Below, one piece after another: positions 27,991 to 37,332 of a stretch of 49,555 nucleotides of DNA. Made by a program: the position numbers and the translations under genes. Origin of the DNA: a virus. Its lineage: Duplodnaviria; Caudoviricetes. The notes below the pieces were generated by a model. That model saw nothing but the letters and a program-made list of their open reading frames with translations, was not told where the DNA came from and made no database searches. The DNA lies in IMG/VR virus record IMGVR_UViG_3300017565_000024, positions 1 to 49,555 of that record; one strand, given 5' to 3'. Each line of letters opens with the position of its first letter. Within the stretch, counting starts at the first letter, position 1.

Positions 27991-29217
27991 CTTGAGGTTT
28001 AGAATATTTTCAAATTTATCGGCTGCGGATTGGTCTGCTGCGCGTAGTACATGACCATATATATTCATCGTAGTGGATATATCCCCATGCCCCAATCGTT
28101 CCGAAATGACCTTTGCGTGCACCCCTTGGTTAATCAGGAGAGTGGCTGACGTATGTCGTAAATCATGGAACCTAATGTATCGCAATCCATGTTTTTTTAT
28201 GAAAGTGCGAAACCAGAGATACGGGCGTTCGTGGTGAAACGGCGTTCCATCAGGATGGCAAAAAATAAAATGATACTCGTTTCCAATTTTATCTTTACAT
28301 CCCTTCCAAGACTTCCCCAACTTGTCCCGCTCTTTTGCGCGGTAGGAATAATATTCACGAAGTTCCTCCAATACCGATGCGGGCAAGGATACTTTGCGTA
28401 TGGAGTTCTTAGTTTTAGGTTCCTTCACGATAAATTCGTCTTTTAATGAATGGACCATTGTTTGGTTTATATCAATAACGCCGCTTTTCCAATCAATATG
28501 TTTCCACTCTAGCCCTAGTAGTTCGCTACGGCGCATACCTGTGGTCAATGCGACGGTAATCATCATTCGCCAGTGAAATGGTTCATTATGGAGCGCTAAT
28601 AGCAGTTGGGTGACTTCGTGTTCACTGTAAGGCGTGGTATCTTTGTGTTTAACCTTTGGCTTGTCAATGGCCGCAGCGGGATTATCTTTAATCACTTTCC
28701 ATTTCACTGCTCGTTTGAAGATATTCTTCAATATGCGGTGTGCTAACTCAATAGAGCCAGATGACAGTTCTTGCTTAGTGTCGTTTTTTGTTATTTTCTT
28801 TGAAGCCCCTTCCTCGCCAAGCTTTTCTAGAAAATCAGCAATATGGAGGGGTTTTATTTCGTCTACCTTCATGTGTCCGAATGTCGGCAATATCCTGACT
28901 TTTAGGTTGGATTCATAAGTATACCTTGTTTTATAGGCAAGGCCTTTCATAGCGTATTTACTACGCCACTCTTCTACAAAAGCATTGAAAGTCATTTTCC
29001 CTGGCTTGATGTATTCTCCTGCCTCAATTTCCTGCTTGAATATGTGCAACTGGTCTTCCAAGAAGTCGCGGAGTTTCTTTGTGGTCTTTAGAAGTGCTTT
29101 GTCTTCTACGGTTATTGACTTCCGCGGGCGATTTCGGCTGCCATCTGGATTAAGCCCCAGATCGACCGTTAAGCGCCATGTGTTTTCCCCTCGCTTTTCA
29201 ATACTACCTTTTGCCAT
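27946..29217 (-). CDS. int: Tyrosine integrase
   Basis: TGMRRSELLGL, RFHDLRHTSAT and LGHGDISTTMNIYGH give the R-H-R-H-Y catalytic set. Confidence 0.97.
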   Translation of the reverse strand: MAKGSIEKRGENTWRLTVDLGLNPDGSRNRPRKSITVEDKALLKTTKKLRDFLEDQLHIFKQEIEAGEYIKPGKMTFNAFVEEWRSKYAMKGLAYKTRYTYESNLKVRILPTFGHMKVDEIKPLHIADFLEKLGEEGASKKITKNDTKQELSSGSIELAHRILKNIFKRAVKWKVIKDNPAAAIDKPKVKHKDTTPYSEHEVTQLLLALHNEPFHWRMMITVALTTGMRRSELLGLEWKHIDWKSGVIDINQTMVHSLKDEFIVKEPKTKNSIRKVSLPASVLEELREYYSYRAKERDKLGKSWKGCKDKIGNEYHFIFCHPDGTPFHHERPYLWFRTFIKKHGLRYIRFHDLRHTSATLLINQGVHAKVISERLGHGDISTTMNIYGHVLRAADQSAADKFENILNLKTTAPNSSPNTKHST

Positions 29218-29233
29218 TTAATCCCCTCCAAAA

Positions 29234-29247
29234 CAAACATATGTTCT
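29234..29247 (-). promoter_or_regulatory. LexA-like box upstream of int
   Basis: AGAAC-ATAT-GTTTG lies between the immA terminator (AGCC-GAAA-GGCT-T5) and the int RBS GGAGG. Confidence 0.6.
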
Positions 29248-29297
29248 TTTTTTGTATATAAAAAAGCCTTTCGGCTGGATTTGCGAGGACTAATTAT

Positions 29298-29780
29298 CTA
29301 TCTATTAATATACTTATATCTATATTTATCTATTACCTCAAGTGGGCATAGTTTAATAGTATATCTTTCATTGTATTTAACATAAATGCCGAATTTCTCA
29401 GTATATCGATCTATCGCTGATTGCAAAAATTCTTCTGACACACCAAGAAACTCAGCCAGTTCATACCTTCCGAATATCCTCATTTTATAAGCTTGTACTA
29501 TTCTACCTAAAGGAATCATGCATTCATAAGCATATTGCCGTGCACGTGATTCTTGTTTGCGCTTCCTAACATCGGATTGATCAAGTAAGTCACCTATCGA
29601 TGTGCGATTGTGTCCAATTTCTTCAGCAAGTGCACATGCTTTTTCTACAGTTAGCATGTCCTTTCTAATACCAATCTTTGAGCCTTTAATTAACCCCCTT
29701 GCATTCGATTTAAAATGCTTTTCTACTACAGTTAATCCATAACTCGCTGCATCAGCGATTAACTTATCATAGATAGACAC
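29298..29780 (-). CDS. ImmA/IrrE-family anti-repressor metallopeptidase
   Basis: CALAEEIGH (variant of HExxH) and KQESRARQYA. Sits between int and the repressor. Confidence 0.85.
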   Translation of the reverse strand: MSIYDKLIADAASYGLTVVEKHFKSNARGLIKGSKIGIRKDMLTVEKACALAEEIGHNRTSIGDLLDQSDVRKRKQESRARQYAYECMIPLGRIVQAYKMRIFGRYELAEFLGVSEEFLQSAIDRYTEKFGIYVKYNERYTIKLCPLEVIDKYRYKYINR

Positions 29781-29795
29781 CGCGTCACCCCGCCA

Positions 29796-30227
29796 TTATA
29801 GTTCGTCTAAATCCTCGCGCATTAGTCGTTGTTGTTCTTCTGAATAGTCATCGTTGTGGGCGGCTACAACAGTCAAATGAGGCTTGTTGATCCTGTCGAA
29901 CTCCATCTCAAGAATTGTTCGTACAGTATGCACACCTTTTGAATCTAGCGTTCGCAACTTCTTGATTAACTTTATTTCAAAATCATTTAATTCAATTTGA
30001 GGTTTCACAGGTACTGATATTTCATTTGTCCAACCCATTAAATAGGCCGGGGAGCACTTTAGCAACTCTGCTAAGTTAACAATAGTTTCATGTTTAATAT
30101 TTTTGATTTCTCCACTTTCATATCTTTGCGCAGTAGCTTCTTTTACTCCTAAAAAATTAGCAACATCAAGCAATGTTAGATTGAGATCTGTTCTTCTTTG
30201 TTTTATCCGATCATTTAGCGACGACAT
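29796..30227 (-). CDS. CI/ImmR-like repressor (Xre HTH)
   Basis: HTH RIKQRR...AQRYESGEIKNI...PAYLMGW and C-terminal VAAHND. Divergent from the Cro-like gene. Confidence 0.9.
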   Translation of the reverse strand: MSSLNDRIKQRRTDLNLTLLDVANFLGVKEATAQRYESGEIKNIKHETIVNLAELLKCSPAYLMGWTNEISVPVKPQIELNDFEIKLIKKLRTLDSKGVHTVRTILEMEFDRINKPHLTVVAAHNDDYSEEQQRLMREDLDEL

Positions 30228-30253
30228 TTATTGTTACCACCTTTCTTGGCTTG

Positions 30254-30374
30254 ATTATAACACCAACTTACGCAACATGCAACAAAATTGGTGCATACAA
30301 CAAAAAAACTTACGCATTATGTATTGACACTTTATCAAAACTAATCTAAGATGAACTTACGCATTGGGTAAGTT
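30254..30374. promoter_or_regulatory. Genetic switch: divergent promoters and three operators
   Basis: PR is TTGACA (30324), 17 bp, TAAGAT (30347). PL on the minus strand is TTGCAT, 17 bp, TATAAT (30282-30254). AACTTACGCA occurs at 30265, 30307 and 30354; the last is a perfect AACTTAC-N7-GTAAGTT. Confidence 0.85.
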
Positions 30375-30391
30375 GGAAGGGAGGTGATAAC

Positions 30392-30631
30392 ATGAAAACA
30401 AACTACACCACAGATACTATTGCCTTAAAGAAAATTATGATTGATAAAAAAATTGAAACGATTTTAGAATTGTCACAAATCACTGGAATAAACCGCAATA
30501 GGTTATCCAAAGTATTAAGTGGAGATTTACAACCCACAGCTGACATGATGAAAAAACTTGTTGCTGCACTAGAAATCGAACCAGAAAAAGCGGGGGTTAT
30601 TTTTTTTAACCCGAACTTACGTATAGCGTAA
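30392..30631 (+). CDS. Cro-like HTH regulator
   Basis: 79-aa HTH, first gene of the early lytic operon. Confidence 0.85.
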   Translation: MKTNYTTDTIALKKIMIDKKIETILELSQITGINRNRLSKVLSGDLQPTADMMKKLVAALEIEPEKAGVIFFNPNLRIA

Positions 30632-30634
30632 GTT
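30614..30634. promoter_or_regulatory. Fourth operator overlapping the cro stop codon
   Basis: Perfect AACTTAC-GTATAGC-GTAAGTT. Confidence 0.75.
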
Positions 30635-30680
30635 TGCAGAAAGTATTTACAATTAGGGTAACTAAGGGGGTGAAATGTAA

Positions 30681-30980
30681 ATGAACTTTGAAGCGGCAAT
30701 CAAGGAAATAATTAATCCTCTAATCGATGCGTCTGAGCGCCGAATGCTAGCTCAAATAAGCCAGTATGGTGATGTGACCATGACTGTACAAGAAGCCGCA
30801 GAACATATTCGCATCTCTGATAAGCTTTTGTACTCCATGTGCAAGAGGAAGCTAATCCCTCATGAACGCTATGGAATGCCGGGCTCAGCGCGGACAACTA
30901 TTAGATTCAGGCTGCTTGATCTGGAGATTTGGAGAGCAGAGCAGCGGGCGGCTAATTACATTGGGGTAACTGGAGATTGA
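30681..30980 (+). CDS. Excisionase-like HTH protein
   Basis: MTVQEAAEHIRIS...LYSM....IPHER...IRF....LEIW (HTH_17 pattern). Confidence 0.75.
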   Translation: MNFEAAIKEIINPLIDASERRMLAQISQYGDVTMTVQEAAEHIRISDKLLYSMCKRKLIPHERYGMPGSARTTIRFRLLDLEIWRAEQRAANYIGVTGD

Positions 30981-31028
30981 TCCTGCATATAGCACATTGA
31001 AAAACTAAACAGAAAGGGTGATAAGCCA

Positions 31029-31271
31029 ATGATACATCCCTTACATCGCCGAATGGCAGAGATATTATACATGTCTACTTCCAGCGGCGAGACGTTAATA
31101 GGGGATGTCGAAATCAAACTTTTACTGCCTTTGTTGCACCAGAATATGCGATTGATACAACAACTCGACAACCTCAAGCAATTATCTTTTATCGCTTACA
31201 TGGCTAATGACTTTGATTGGCAGCACGATTTATGCGCTCGGATCGAGGCGCTAGGGGGTGAATCGATATGA
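31029..31271 (+). CDS. Hypothetical phage protein
   Basis: 80-aa ORF with RBS AAGGGTG. Confidence 0.7.
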   Translation: MIHPLHRRMAEILYMSTSSGETLIGDVEIKLLLPLLHQNMRLIQQLDNLKQLSFIAYMANDFDWQHDLCARIEALGGESI

Positions 31272-31459
31272 TTCCATCAGTAGGCAGGATTGTACATTAT
31301 TATAGCGGTCAAGGAGTTGCAGGGGCGTTTGTAATCCGTGTTAGCGGTCCAACTGTAGTTGATTTGCAAGTATTTATGACCAATGGGCAGATATTCCATA
31401 TGACGAACGTACAGCAAGGCACGGCAGCAGGAACTTGGAACTGGCCGGCAAGAGTGTAA
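31268..31459 (+). CDS. Hypothetical phage protein (PSVGRIVHY family)
   Basis: Recurrent small phage protein pattern ending WNWPARV, with an ATGA overlap. Confidence 0.7.
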   Translation: MIPSVGRIVHYYSGQGVAGAFVIRVSGPTVVDLQVFMTNGQIFHMTNVQQGTAAGTWNWPARV

Positions 31460-31472
31460 GGGGGCGGCAGCA

Positions 31473-31601
31473 TTGAAAAGAGAGTTTAAGGACGTAACCC
31501 ACAATAGCCTTACGGAGCTGATGCTCCACTATGCCTCCTCTGATCGGGTAAGGGGCATGTACCATAAGCAGTTGGTGAGGCTGCATGGTAAGAAATCATA
31601 A
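31473..31601 (+). CDS. Hypothetical 42-aa protein
   Basis: Manual translation MKREFKDVTHNSL...HGKKS. Fills the gap in the operon. Confidence 0.45.
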   Translation: MKREFKDVTHNSLTELMLHYASSDRVRGMYHKQLVRLHGKKS

Positions 31602-31624
31602 ACAGAATGCGAGGGGAAACCATA

Positions 31625-32263
31625 GTGAAACTAGTGTACACGGAAAACAATCGACCAGTTACCGACAGCTTGAACGTAGCGGAAAAGTTTATCAAAGAAC
31701 ACCGTAGAGTGATGCAGGACATACGGGACTTGGGTTGCAGCGATGAATTTAGACAGCACCATTTCGTGCTCTCCTCTTACATGACTTCTCAAAACAAAGA
31801 GTTGCCTAAATACATCATGACTGAACAAGGGTTTACGCTGCTGGCGATGGGATACACAGGCGATACGGCAATGAGTTTTAAAGAAGACTACATTTCGGAA
31901 TTTACTAGGATGCGGCAGCAATTAACCGATCCGTATGCAGCGCTTAGCCCAGAACTGCGGGCGGTAATCCTGATGGACACGAAAGTGCAGAAACTTGAGA
32001 ACCGTGTAGAGGAAATCGATAGCAAAGTCGAAACGCAAATTACCCTGACACAAGGCGAGCAACGCAGGCTCCAGAAGGCTGTTAGCGCCAAGGTATATGA
32101 ATTTGCATCGGAAAAAGACGAACGTAGCCCTCTGTATCAAGAGCTTTACCGAGAAATCAAGGATAGATGGGGCGTTCCCAGCTACCGCGACCTATTGAGG
32201 AAGGATATGCAGGCAGTAATAAAGTACATTGATGCTTGGATGCCCAAGAAGGTATGCCGATGA
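31625..32263 (+). CDS. Rha-family regulator / antirepressor with ORF6C-like C-terminus
   Basis: VTDSLNVAEKF.KEH..V..DI, GFTLLAMGYTG and KDRWGVPSYRDL motifs. Confidence 0.9.
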   Translation: MKLVYTENNRPVTDSLNVAEKFIKEHRRVMQDIRDLGCSDEFRQHHFVLSSYMTSQNKELPKYIMTEQGFTLLAMGYTGDTAMSFKEDYISEFTRMRQQLTDPYAALSPELRAVILMDTKVQKLENRVEEIDSKVETQITLTQGEQRRLQKAVSAKVYEFASEKDERSPLYQELYREIKDRWGVPSYRDLLRKDMQAVIKYIDAWMPKKVCR

Positions 32264-32439
32264 GTTGGGAACGAGAATATGCACTAAGGGTTGAGCGCAA
32301 CGACCTACAACGGATGCGGTGGCGCTTACTCAATAACCGGATAGATGCGGATTCGATGGTTGCCCCGGCAGCGGTAGATTGGCTAAATATAAAGATCGCA
32401 GAAATTGAAAAGGCCCTGGGCGGGATAGGAGCCGCCTAA
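32260..32439 (+). CDS. Hypothetical protein
   Basis: ATGA overlap with the Rha gene. Confidence 0.6.
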   Translation: MSWEREYALRVERNDLQRMRWRLLNNRIDADSMVAPAAVDWLNIKIAEIEKALGGIGAA

Positions 32440-32511
32440 GGCTGCAAGACAAAACAAAAGTTACGGTCATTGTAGACCGAAAATGAGAATTTTGCAAGAG
32501 GAGGACGAAAA

Positions 32512-32679
32512 ATGCACCTCTATCAATGCAGCGAATGCGATGGAAAGACCTTCGCGACGTGGTTTGCCCCTGTTTTCAACATGCCGGCATTCTGCCCTTG
32601 CTGCGGCAAGGATCGGACAGTTGCTTATAAAGGTGAAAAGGATTCTATTCAAACGGATGAATTGGAGGGGATGATTTGA
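32512..32679 (+). CDS. 55-aa Zn-ribbon protein
   Basis: Manual translation MHLYQCSECDG...FCPCCGK. RBS GAGGAGG; overlaps the erf start. Confidence 0.7.
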   Translation: MHLYQCSECDGKTFATWFAPVFNMPAFCPCCGKDRTVAYKGEKDSIQTDELEGMI

Positions 32680-33308
32680 ATATTTACCAAAAGCTTGCCG
32701 AAGTTCGTAAATCGGTGCCTTTCCTGCAAAAGGATGCGTCTGGTTCGCAATACAAATACAACTCTAGCAGCCAAGTCATTGCGGCTGTGCGGGCGAAATT
32801 GGATGAAATGAACCTCTTGTTGATCACCAGGGTAGTAGGTAAGAGGCTGCTATCAGAAACGGTTGAATATACCGAAAAGGAGCGCCCAAAGAAAACAACC
32901 ACGTACTTAACGGAATTGGACTTGGAAATGACGTGGGTTAATTGCGACAAGCCAGATGAAACGATAGTCATCCCTTGGTATGCCCAAGGGGTGGATATCG
33001 CCGGGGAGAAGGGCGTCGGCAAGGCAATGACGTATGGCGAGAAAACCTTTATGCTCAAGCAATTCAACATTCCCACCGACCAAATGGATGTTGACGCGCA
33101 CCAGCAGCGCATGGAGCGGACGGTCGGAAAGATCACCAGCAACGCAATAGCCCAATTGAAATCAGAGTGGGTGAAGGCTGGCTATAAAATCAATACCTTG
33201 TCCGCCCAGGTAAAGAAGATGTATGAATGCCAGATATCCGACTTGACAGAGCAGCAAGTGGATGATCTTATTCGCAGACTGCGCGACAAGGAGGGGGCAG
33301 CGTCTTGA
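32676..33308 (+). CDS. ERF-family single-strand annealing recombinase
   Basis: NIYQKL...YKY and GKAMTYGEK...KQFNIPTD motifs. Confidence 0.88.
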   Translation: MNIYQKLAEVRKSVPFLQKDASGSQYKYNSSSQVIAAVRAKLDEMNLLLITRVVGKRLLSETVEYTEKERPKKTTTYLTELDLEMTWVNCDKPDETIVIPWYAQGVDIAGEKGVGKAMTYGEKTFMLKQFNIPTDQMDVDAHQQRMERTVGKITSNAIAQLKSEWVKAGYKINTLSAQVKKMYECQISDLTEQQVDDLIRRLRDKEGAAS

Positions 33309-34114
33309 TCCTAACTGAGGATAACTATTACAGCCCGGAGGCTGACCAAGCATACATGAGCGTGAGCCAGTACAAGCGGTTTCTGGCTTGTGAAGCCGCC
33401 GCCTTGGCACAGGTAAATGGGGAGTATAAAGCGCCTGAAACAGAAGCACTAACGGTCGGGAAATACGTTGCAGCGGCTGTTGAAGGCGATGAGCAACTGG
33501 AACGGTTCAAACGAGAACACCCTCATATATTTTCATCTCGCGGACCGACAAAGGGTGAACTGAAGACAGAATATAAAAAGGCAGACGTCATGGTTTTAGC
33601 TTTGCGTGAAGACGAAAATTGCCGCTTGATGTTGACTGGCGAAAAAGAAGCAATTGTTACGGCAGATATGTTCGGGGTTAAGTGGAAGGCAAAAATGGAT
33701 ATCTACAACCCCGAAGAAGGCAGGATAGTAGACATTAAAACTGCTGAATCGCTATACAAGCGCTATTGGAAAGACGGACGCAAGCAAACATTTGTTGAAT
33801 ATTACGGTTATGACATCCAAATGGCTGTATATAGCGAGTTGGAGCGCCGGTCTACTGGCGGTACGCACCCACTGGAGCCGCTACTTATGGCGGTGACAAA
33901 GGAAGATGTACCGGATAAAGCAATTATCTGTTTTGATGAATTGTCGCTGGCTCAGAAGCTGTTTGAAGTGCAAGAGAGGTTGCCTCGGATCGTCGCCATT
34001 AAAGAAGGCATTGAGGAACCGAGGCGATGCAATACGTGCAGGTATTGCCGGATGACCAAAGACGCCAGCCAATTCATTCATTATCTCGACCTTTTGGAGG
34101 TTGACTATGCTTAA
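33305..34114 (+). CDS. PD-(D/E)XK exonuclease (RecE/DUF3799-like)
   Basis: [17 protein letters not shown]...[14 protein letters not shown] and C..C..C motifs. Confidence 0.88.
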   Translation: MILTEDNYYSPEADQAYMSVSQYKRFLACEAAALAQVNGEYKAPETEALTVGKYVAAAVEGDEQLERFKREHPHIFSSRGPTKGELKTEYKKADVMVLALREDENCRLMLTGEKEAIVTADMFGVKWKAKMDIYNPEEGRIVDIKTAESLYKRYWKDGRKQTFVEYYGYDIQMAVYSELERRSTGGTHPLEPLLMAVTKEDVPDKAIICFDELSLAQKLFEVQERLPRIVAIKEGIEEPRRCNTCRYCRMTKDASQFIHYLDLLEVDYA

Positions 34115-34541
34115 TCGAGTTATCCTTGTTGGACGCTTAACCAAAGACCCAGAGATGAGATATACACCCAGCGGCGTGGCGACTACAACTTTCACACTGG
34201 CGATTGACCGACCGTTCACCAACAACGGTCAAAAAGAAGCGGATTTCATACCGGTTGTGACCTGGCGGCAGTTAGCCGAAACCTGTGCGAATTACCTCAA
34301 GAAAGGACGCCTGACCGCTGTAGAAGGTCGCATACAGGTTCGCAACTATGACAACAACGAAGGCAGGCGGGTATACGTCACCGAGGTCATAGCAGACAAT
34401 GTACGCTTTTTGGAGAGCAATCGACAGCAGCAGGATACAACACCGCCGCCGCCAGGCAACAGTAGTAATCAATACGCTAGTGACCCGTTCCACGACGACG
34501 GGCGACCAATTGACATATCCGAAGAGGATCTACCATTTTGA
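34107..34541 (+). CDS. ssb: Single-stranded DNA-binding protein
   Basis: [16 protein letters not shown]...DLPF. Confidence 0.97.
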   Translation: MLNRVILVGRLTKDPEMRYTPSGVATTTFTLAIDRPFTNNGQKEADFIPVVTWRQLAETCANYLKKGRLTAVEGRIQVRNYDNNEGRRVYVTEVIADNVRFLESNRQQQDTTPPPPGNSSNQYASDPFHDDGRPIDISEEDLPF

Positions 34542-34558
34542 CCATAGGAGGGGCTGCA

Positions 34559-34960
34559 ATGTCTCTAATCAAGCAGCGCTCACTAGCCGAGCTATACGCA
34601 CTAGCAGACCAATGCAGCCCTGATTATCCGGCTACACTAGTCAAAAAGCTAGAACTGCTGGCAGAAGTCCAGATTATTCTTGGTAGGCGGGCTGCTGATG
34701 CGGTGAGGGATTATAAAAAGCACTATGCAGCACGCAAAACGGCTTACAATGAAGCTTATTTGGCAGCCGACAAACACCGGGAACAACATGCGGAGTTGGC
34801 GGTATCTGAAATGAGGATGATAGAGGCTGACCTTGAGGCAGATAAGGTCCGCTGGCAAAATGCTTACGAATCAAATAGCGAGTTGATAAACACGTTGAAA
34901 TACAGCCTCAAGGTGCTGTTGGACGAATACAATAACCCGGCAAACGGTAGAGGAAGCTAA
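34559..34960 (+). CDS. Hypothetical coiled-coil phage protein
   Basis: RBS AGGAGGGG, 133 aa. Confidence 0.7.
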   Translation: MSLIKQRSLAELYALADQCSPDYPATLVKKLELLAEVQIILGRRAADAVRDYKKHYAARKTAYNEAYLAADKHREQHAELAVSEMRMIEADLEADKVRWQNAYESNSELINTLKYSLKVLLDEYNNPANGRGS

Positions 34961-34972
34961 GGGGTGAAATGT

Positions 34973-35197
34973 GTGAAAAAGTGCAAACGACAAGTGCAGA
35001 TTTTGGAATATATCGAAGCCCATATCAAGGAGCACGGTTACTCGCCCAGTGTTCGGGAGATTGGGGAGGCAGTGGGGCTGGCGTCTAGCTCCACTGTACA
35101 GGGGCATCTGGACCGTCTGGAGAAGCAGGGCAAGATTGCCCGTGTCAAGATATTACCGCGGACAATCAGGGTGCTAGAAACAATGAACACGGAATGA
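34973..35197 (+). CDS. LexA N-terminal DNA-binding domain-only protein
   Basis: [10 protein letters not shown]...[32 protein letters not shown]...PRTI. No C-terminal peptidase domain and no Ala-Gly cleavage region. Confidence 0.88.
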   Translation: MKKCKRQVQILEYIEAHIKEHGYSPSVREIGEAVGLASSSTVQGHLDRLEKQGKIARVKILPRTIRVLETMNTE

Positions 35198-35210
35198 ACG
35201 GAGGGAAGAC

Positions 35211-36446
35211 ATGGCATGGATCGAGAGCCACCAGGAGCTCGCTCGACACCCTAAAACTAGAAAGCTGGCTCGAAGACTTGGCGTGAACTTACCTACCGCT
35301 ATCGGCCATCTGCATATGTTTTGGTGGTGGGCAATGGACTATTCAAAGTCAGGAGACATCACAAGTTTTGATGCAATTGACATTGCAGATGCTGTCGGTT
35401 GGGATGGTGATGAAGAAGTATTCATTAAATGTCTCATTGAATGCGGATTTATTGATTCATTAAATGATCAATTAATGATACACGATTGGATTAAATACGG
35501 GGGGAAATACCACAACACGATAGAGAAGAAGGGACCTCGACAATCGGACATAAGAAAGGCATACCAAGACGGGACCATTGCAAAGGTGAAGGAGCGTGAT
35601 GGGGACAATTGCAGGTATTGCTCCATGTTGGTGGATTGGAACGACAGGAGGACCAATAAGGGCGGCACATACGACAGAATTGACCCTGAAAGCCCGGCAA
35701 TACTGGATAATTTGGTGGTTTCCTGCCGTGGTTGCAGCGAGAAAAAGAAGGATAAAACAATCGAATCGGCAGGAATGCATTTAATCCCACTAAATGTAAC
35801 ACCAGAAACATCTAGTGTTACATTTAATGATTCATCTAATGAGGGATTAAATACATTAAATGATGACACTAAAGATTCTAGTTTGCATTTAATCAGAGAA
35901 GAAGAGAAGAGAGAAGAGAACAGAAGAACAGAAAACAAAACCAAAGATATTAAAACACCACCACAACAAGAAAACGACGGCGGCAGTGGTGGTGGTGGTG
36001 GTGACTTGGATGATTTGGATATCGATCCAGAATTTGCGAAAGCCTTCCAAGCCGTCGAGAAGCATTACCCAGGAAGAATTAATCCGGTGCAGGCTCAATG
36101 CCTGACAGAACACCTAAGCAGCGGGATCAAGGCTGAACTGATCGAGGAAGCCTTGAAGACAACGCGGATGGCTGGCAAGGATATCAAATACTTTTTGGGC
36201 GTTTTGAATAACTGCAAGGACCGAAAATTGTACACGGCTCAAGACTACTTGGAGGACCAAGCACAATATGACGCCTTCAGAAGCCGCCAGAGCCGCGCAC
36301 AGCCTCCGGACAGGACTAGGACGGGTAAACCTATATCCAGCAGCATAAACGTCCCTAACGGGCTTCCAGGGCTGTCAGACGACGAGATGGAAGAAGCGTT
36401 GAGATTGGCAGCCAAGTTAGACAGCAACAAAACAAAAGTCAGGTAG
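35211..36446 (+). CDS. Replication initiator with internal degenerate HNH Zn-finger and DnaD-like C-terminus
   Basis: N-terminus MAWIESHQEL..HPK, central ERDGDNCRYC...NLVVSCRGC, and C-terminal KYFLGVLNN. Confidence 0.8.
   Translation: MAWIESHQELARHPKTRKLARRLGVNLPTAIGHLHMFWWWAMDYSKSGDITSFDAIDIADAVGWDGDEEVFIKCLIECGFIDSLNDQLMIHDWIKYGGKYHNTIEKKGPRQSDIRKAYQDGTIAKVKERDGDNCRYCSMLVDWNDRRTNKGGTYDRIDPESPAILDNLVVSCRGCSEKKKDKTIESAGMHLIPLNVTPETSSVTFNDSSNEGLNTLNDDTKDSSLHLIREEEKREENRRTENKTKDIKTPPQQENDGGSGGGGGDLDDLDIDPEFAKAFQAVEKHYPGRINPVQAQCLTEHLSSGIKAELIEEALKTTRMAGKDIKYFLGVLNNCKDRKLYTAQDYLEDQAQYDAFRSRQSRAQPPDRTRTGKPISSSINVPNGLPGLSDDEMEEALRLAAKLDSNKTKVR
35775..35894. other. Putative replication origin (AT-rich nested inverted repeats)
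   Basis: TAAATGTAACAC / GTGTTACATTTA (35791-35826) nested inside ATTTAATCCC / GGGATTAAAT (35779-35852). CATTTAAT occurs three times. Confidence 0.6.
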
Positions 36447-36450
36447 TGAG

Positions 36451-36846
36451 GTGGTTATCTTGACGGTTGAAGAAATCATGGCTTTGAAGCCAGGAAAAGA
36501 GCTTGATGCCCAAGTAACGTCCGAAGCAGGCTTTTCGCCATCCACGGACATGAACGACGCCTGGAAACTGCGGATAAAATTTTGGGAGGACTTCGGGGGC
36601 GACATTCAAAACAATCGCTTTTGCGAGGGTTACCCCGAGAATTGCGAATGGCTGGGAGACAGGAAAAGGGTGTCGGTATGGGCTGAAACCGGCGCAGAGG
36701 CAATTACAAAGCTGGTGGCATTAGTGCTGCATGGGCATTTTGGGGATTTCCACCCGTTACACGTTTTCCCCGAGCTTTTAGAGGCCCATAACGCTACGCT
36801 TAACCGGTTGGCAAAAAGCCTGAATATCAAGGGGTGGCTGGGATGA
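36451..36846 (+). CDS. Phage protein (ABA-sandwich/BC1872-like)
   Basis: PGKELDA..., FSPSTDMNDAW and AETGAEAI motifs. Confidence 0.6.
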   Translation: MVILTVEEIMALKPGKELDAQVTSEAGFSPSTDMNDAWKLRIKFWEDFGGDIQNNRFCEGYPENCEWLGDRKRVSVWAETGAEAITKLVALVLHGHFGDFHPLHVFPELLEAHNATLNRLAKSLNIKGWLG

Positions 36847-37298
36847 TGTTCCCCAAACCAGAAAAGCGACAGCGGGACAAGAGCCCATACAACAGCCTGC
36901 GCGGTCCCAAGAAGCCTAAGAAGCCGCAGCCAGCCTGGAAAGAAGGGCTATTGAGCCACCACAAGACAAGCGCAGAACTGGAGAAGGAGGACGGGCATAT
37001 TTCAAAGGCAAAGGTCAGAAAAGCAGTCATTGAGCGAGACAAAGGCAATTGGTGCTCAATATGCGGCGTACCTGGTCCGGGGTTGCACCTCCATCGGGTG
37101 ATTTACGGCTCTCAGGGCGGCAAATACGAGGTTGATAACTGTATCCTCTTGTGTGCTGAGCACCACGATATTGTGCATTCAAACAAGCGAGTTTGGCAGC
37201 CATTATTGCTTAATTATCTTAAAGCCAGCGATGTCAACAAGCCATTAATTGGCGGCAAGCCTATCAGGGATTTAGGTTACGGGTTCTTTGACGATTAG
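36843..37298 (+). CDS. HNH-type endonuclease
   Basis: ERDKGNWCSICG...HLHRV...SQGG....NCILLCAEHHD. Confidence 0.8.
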   Translation: MMFPKPEKRQRDKSPYNSLRGPKKPKKPQPAWKEGLLSHHKTSAELEKEDGHISKAKVRKAVIERDKGNWCSICGVPGPGLHLHRVIYGSQGGKYEVDNCILLCAEHHDIVHSNKRVWQPLLLNYLKASDVNKPLIGGKPIRDLGYGFFDD

Positions 37299-37332
37299 TA
37301 TACAAAAAGTGCAAATAGAGGAGGCGGGTAAA

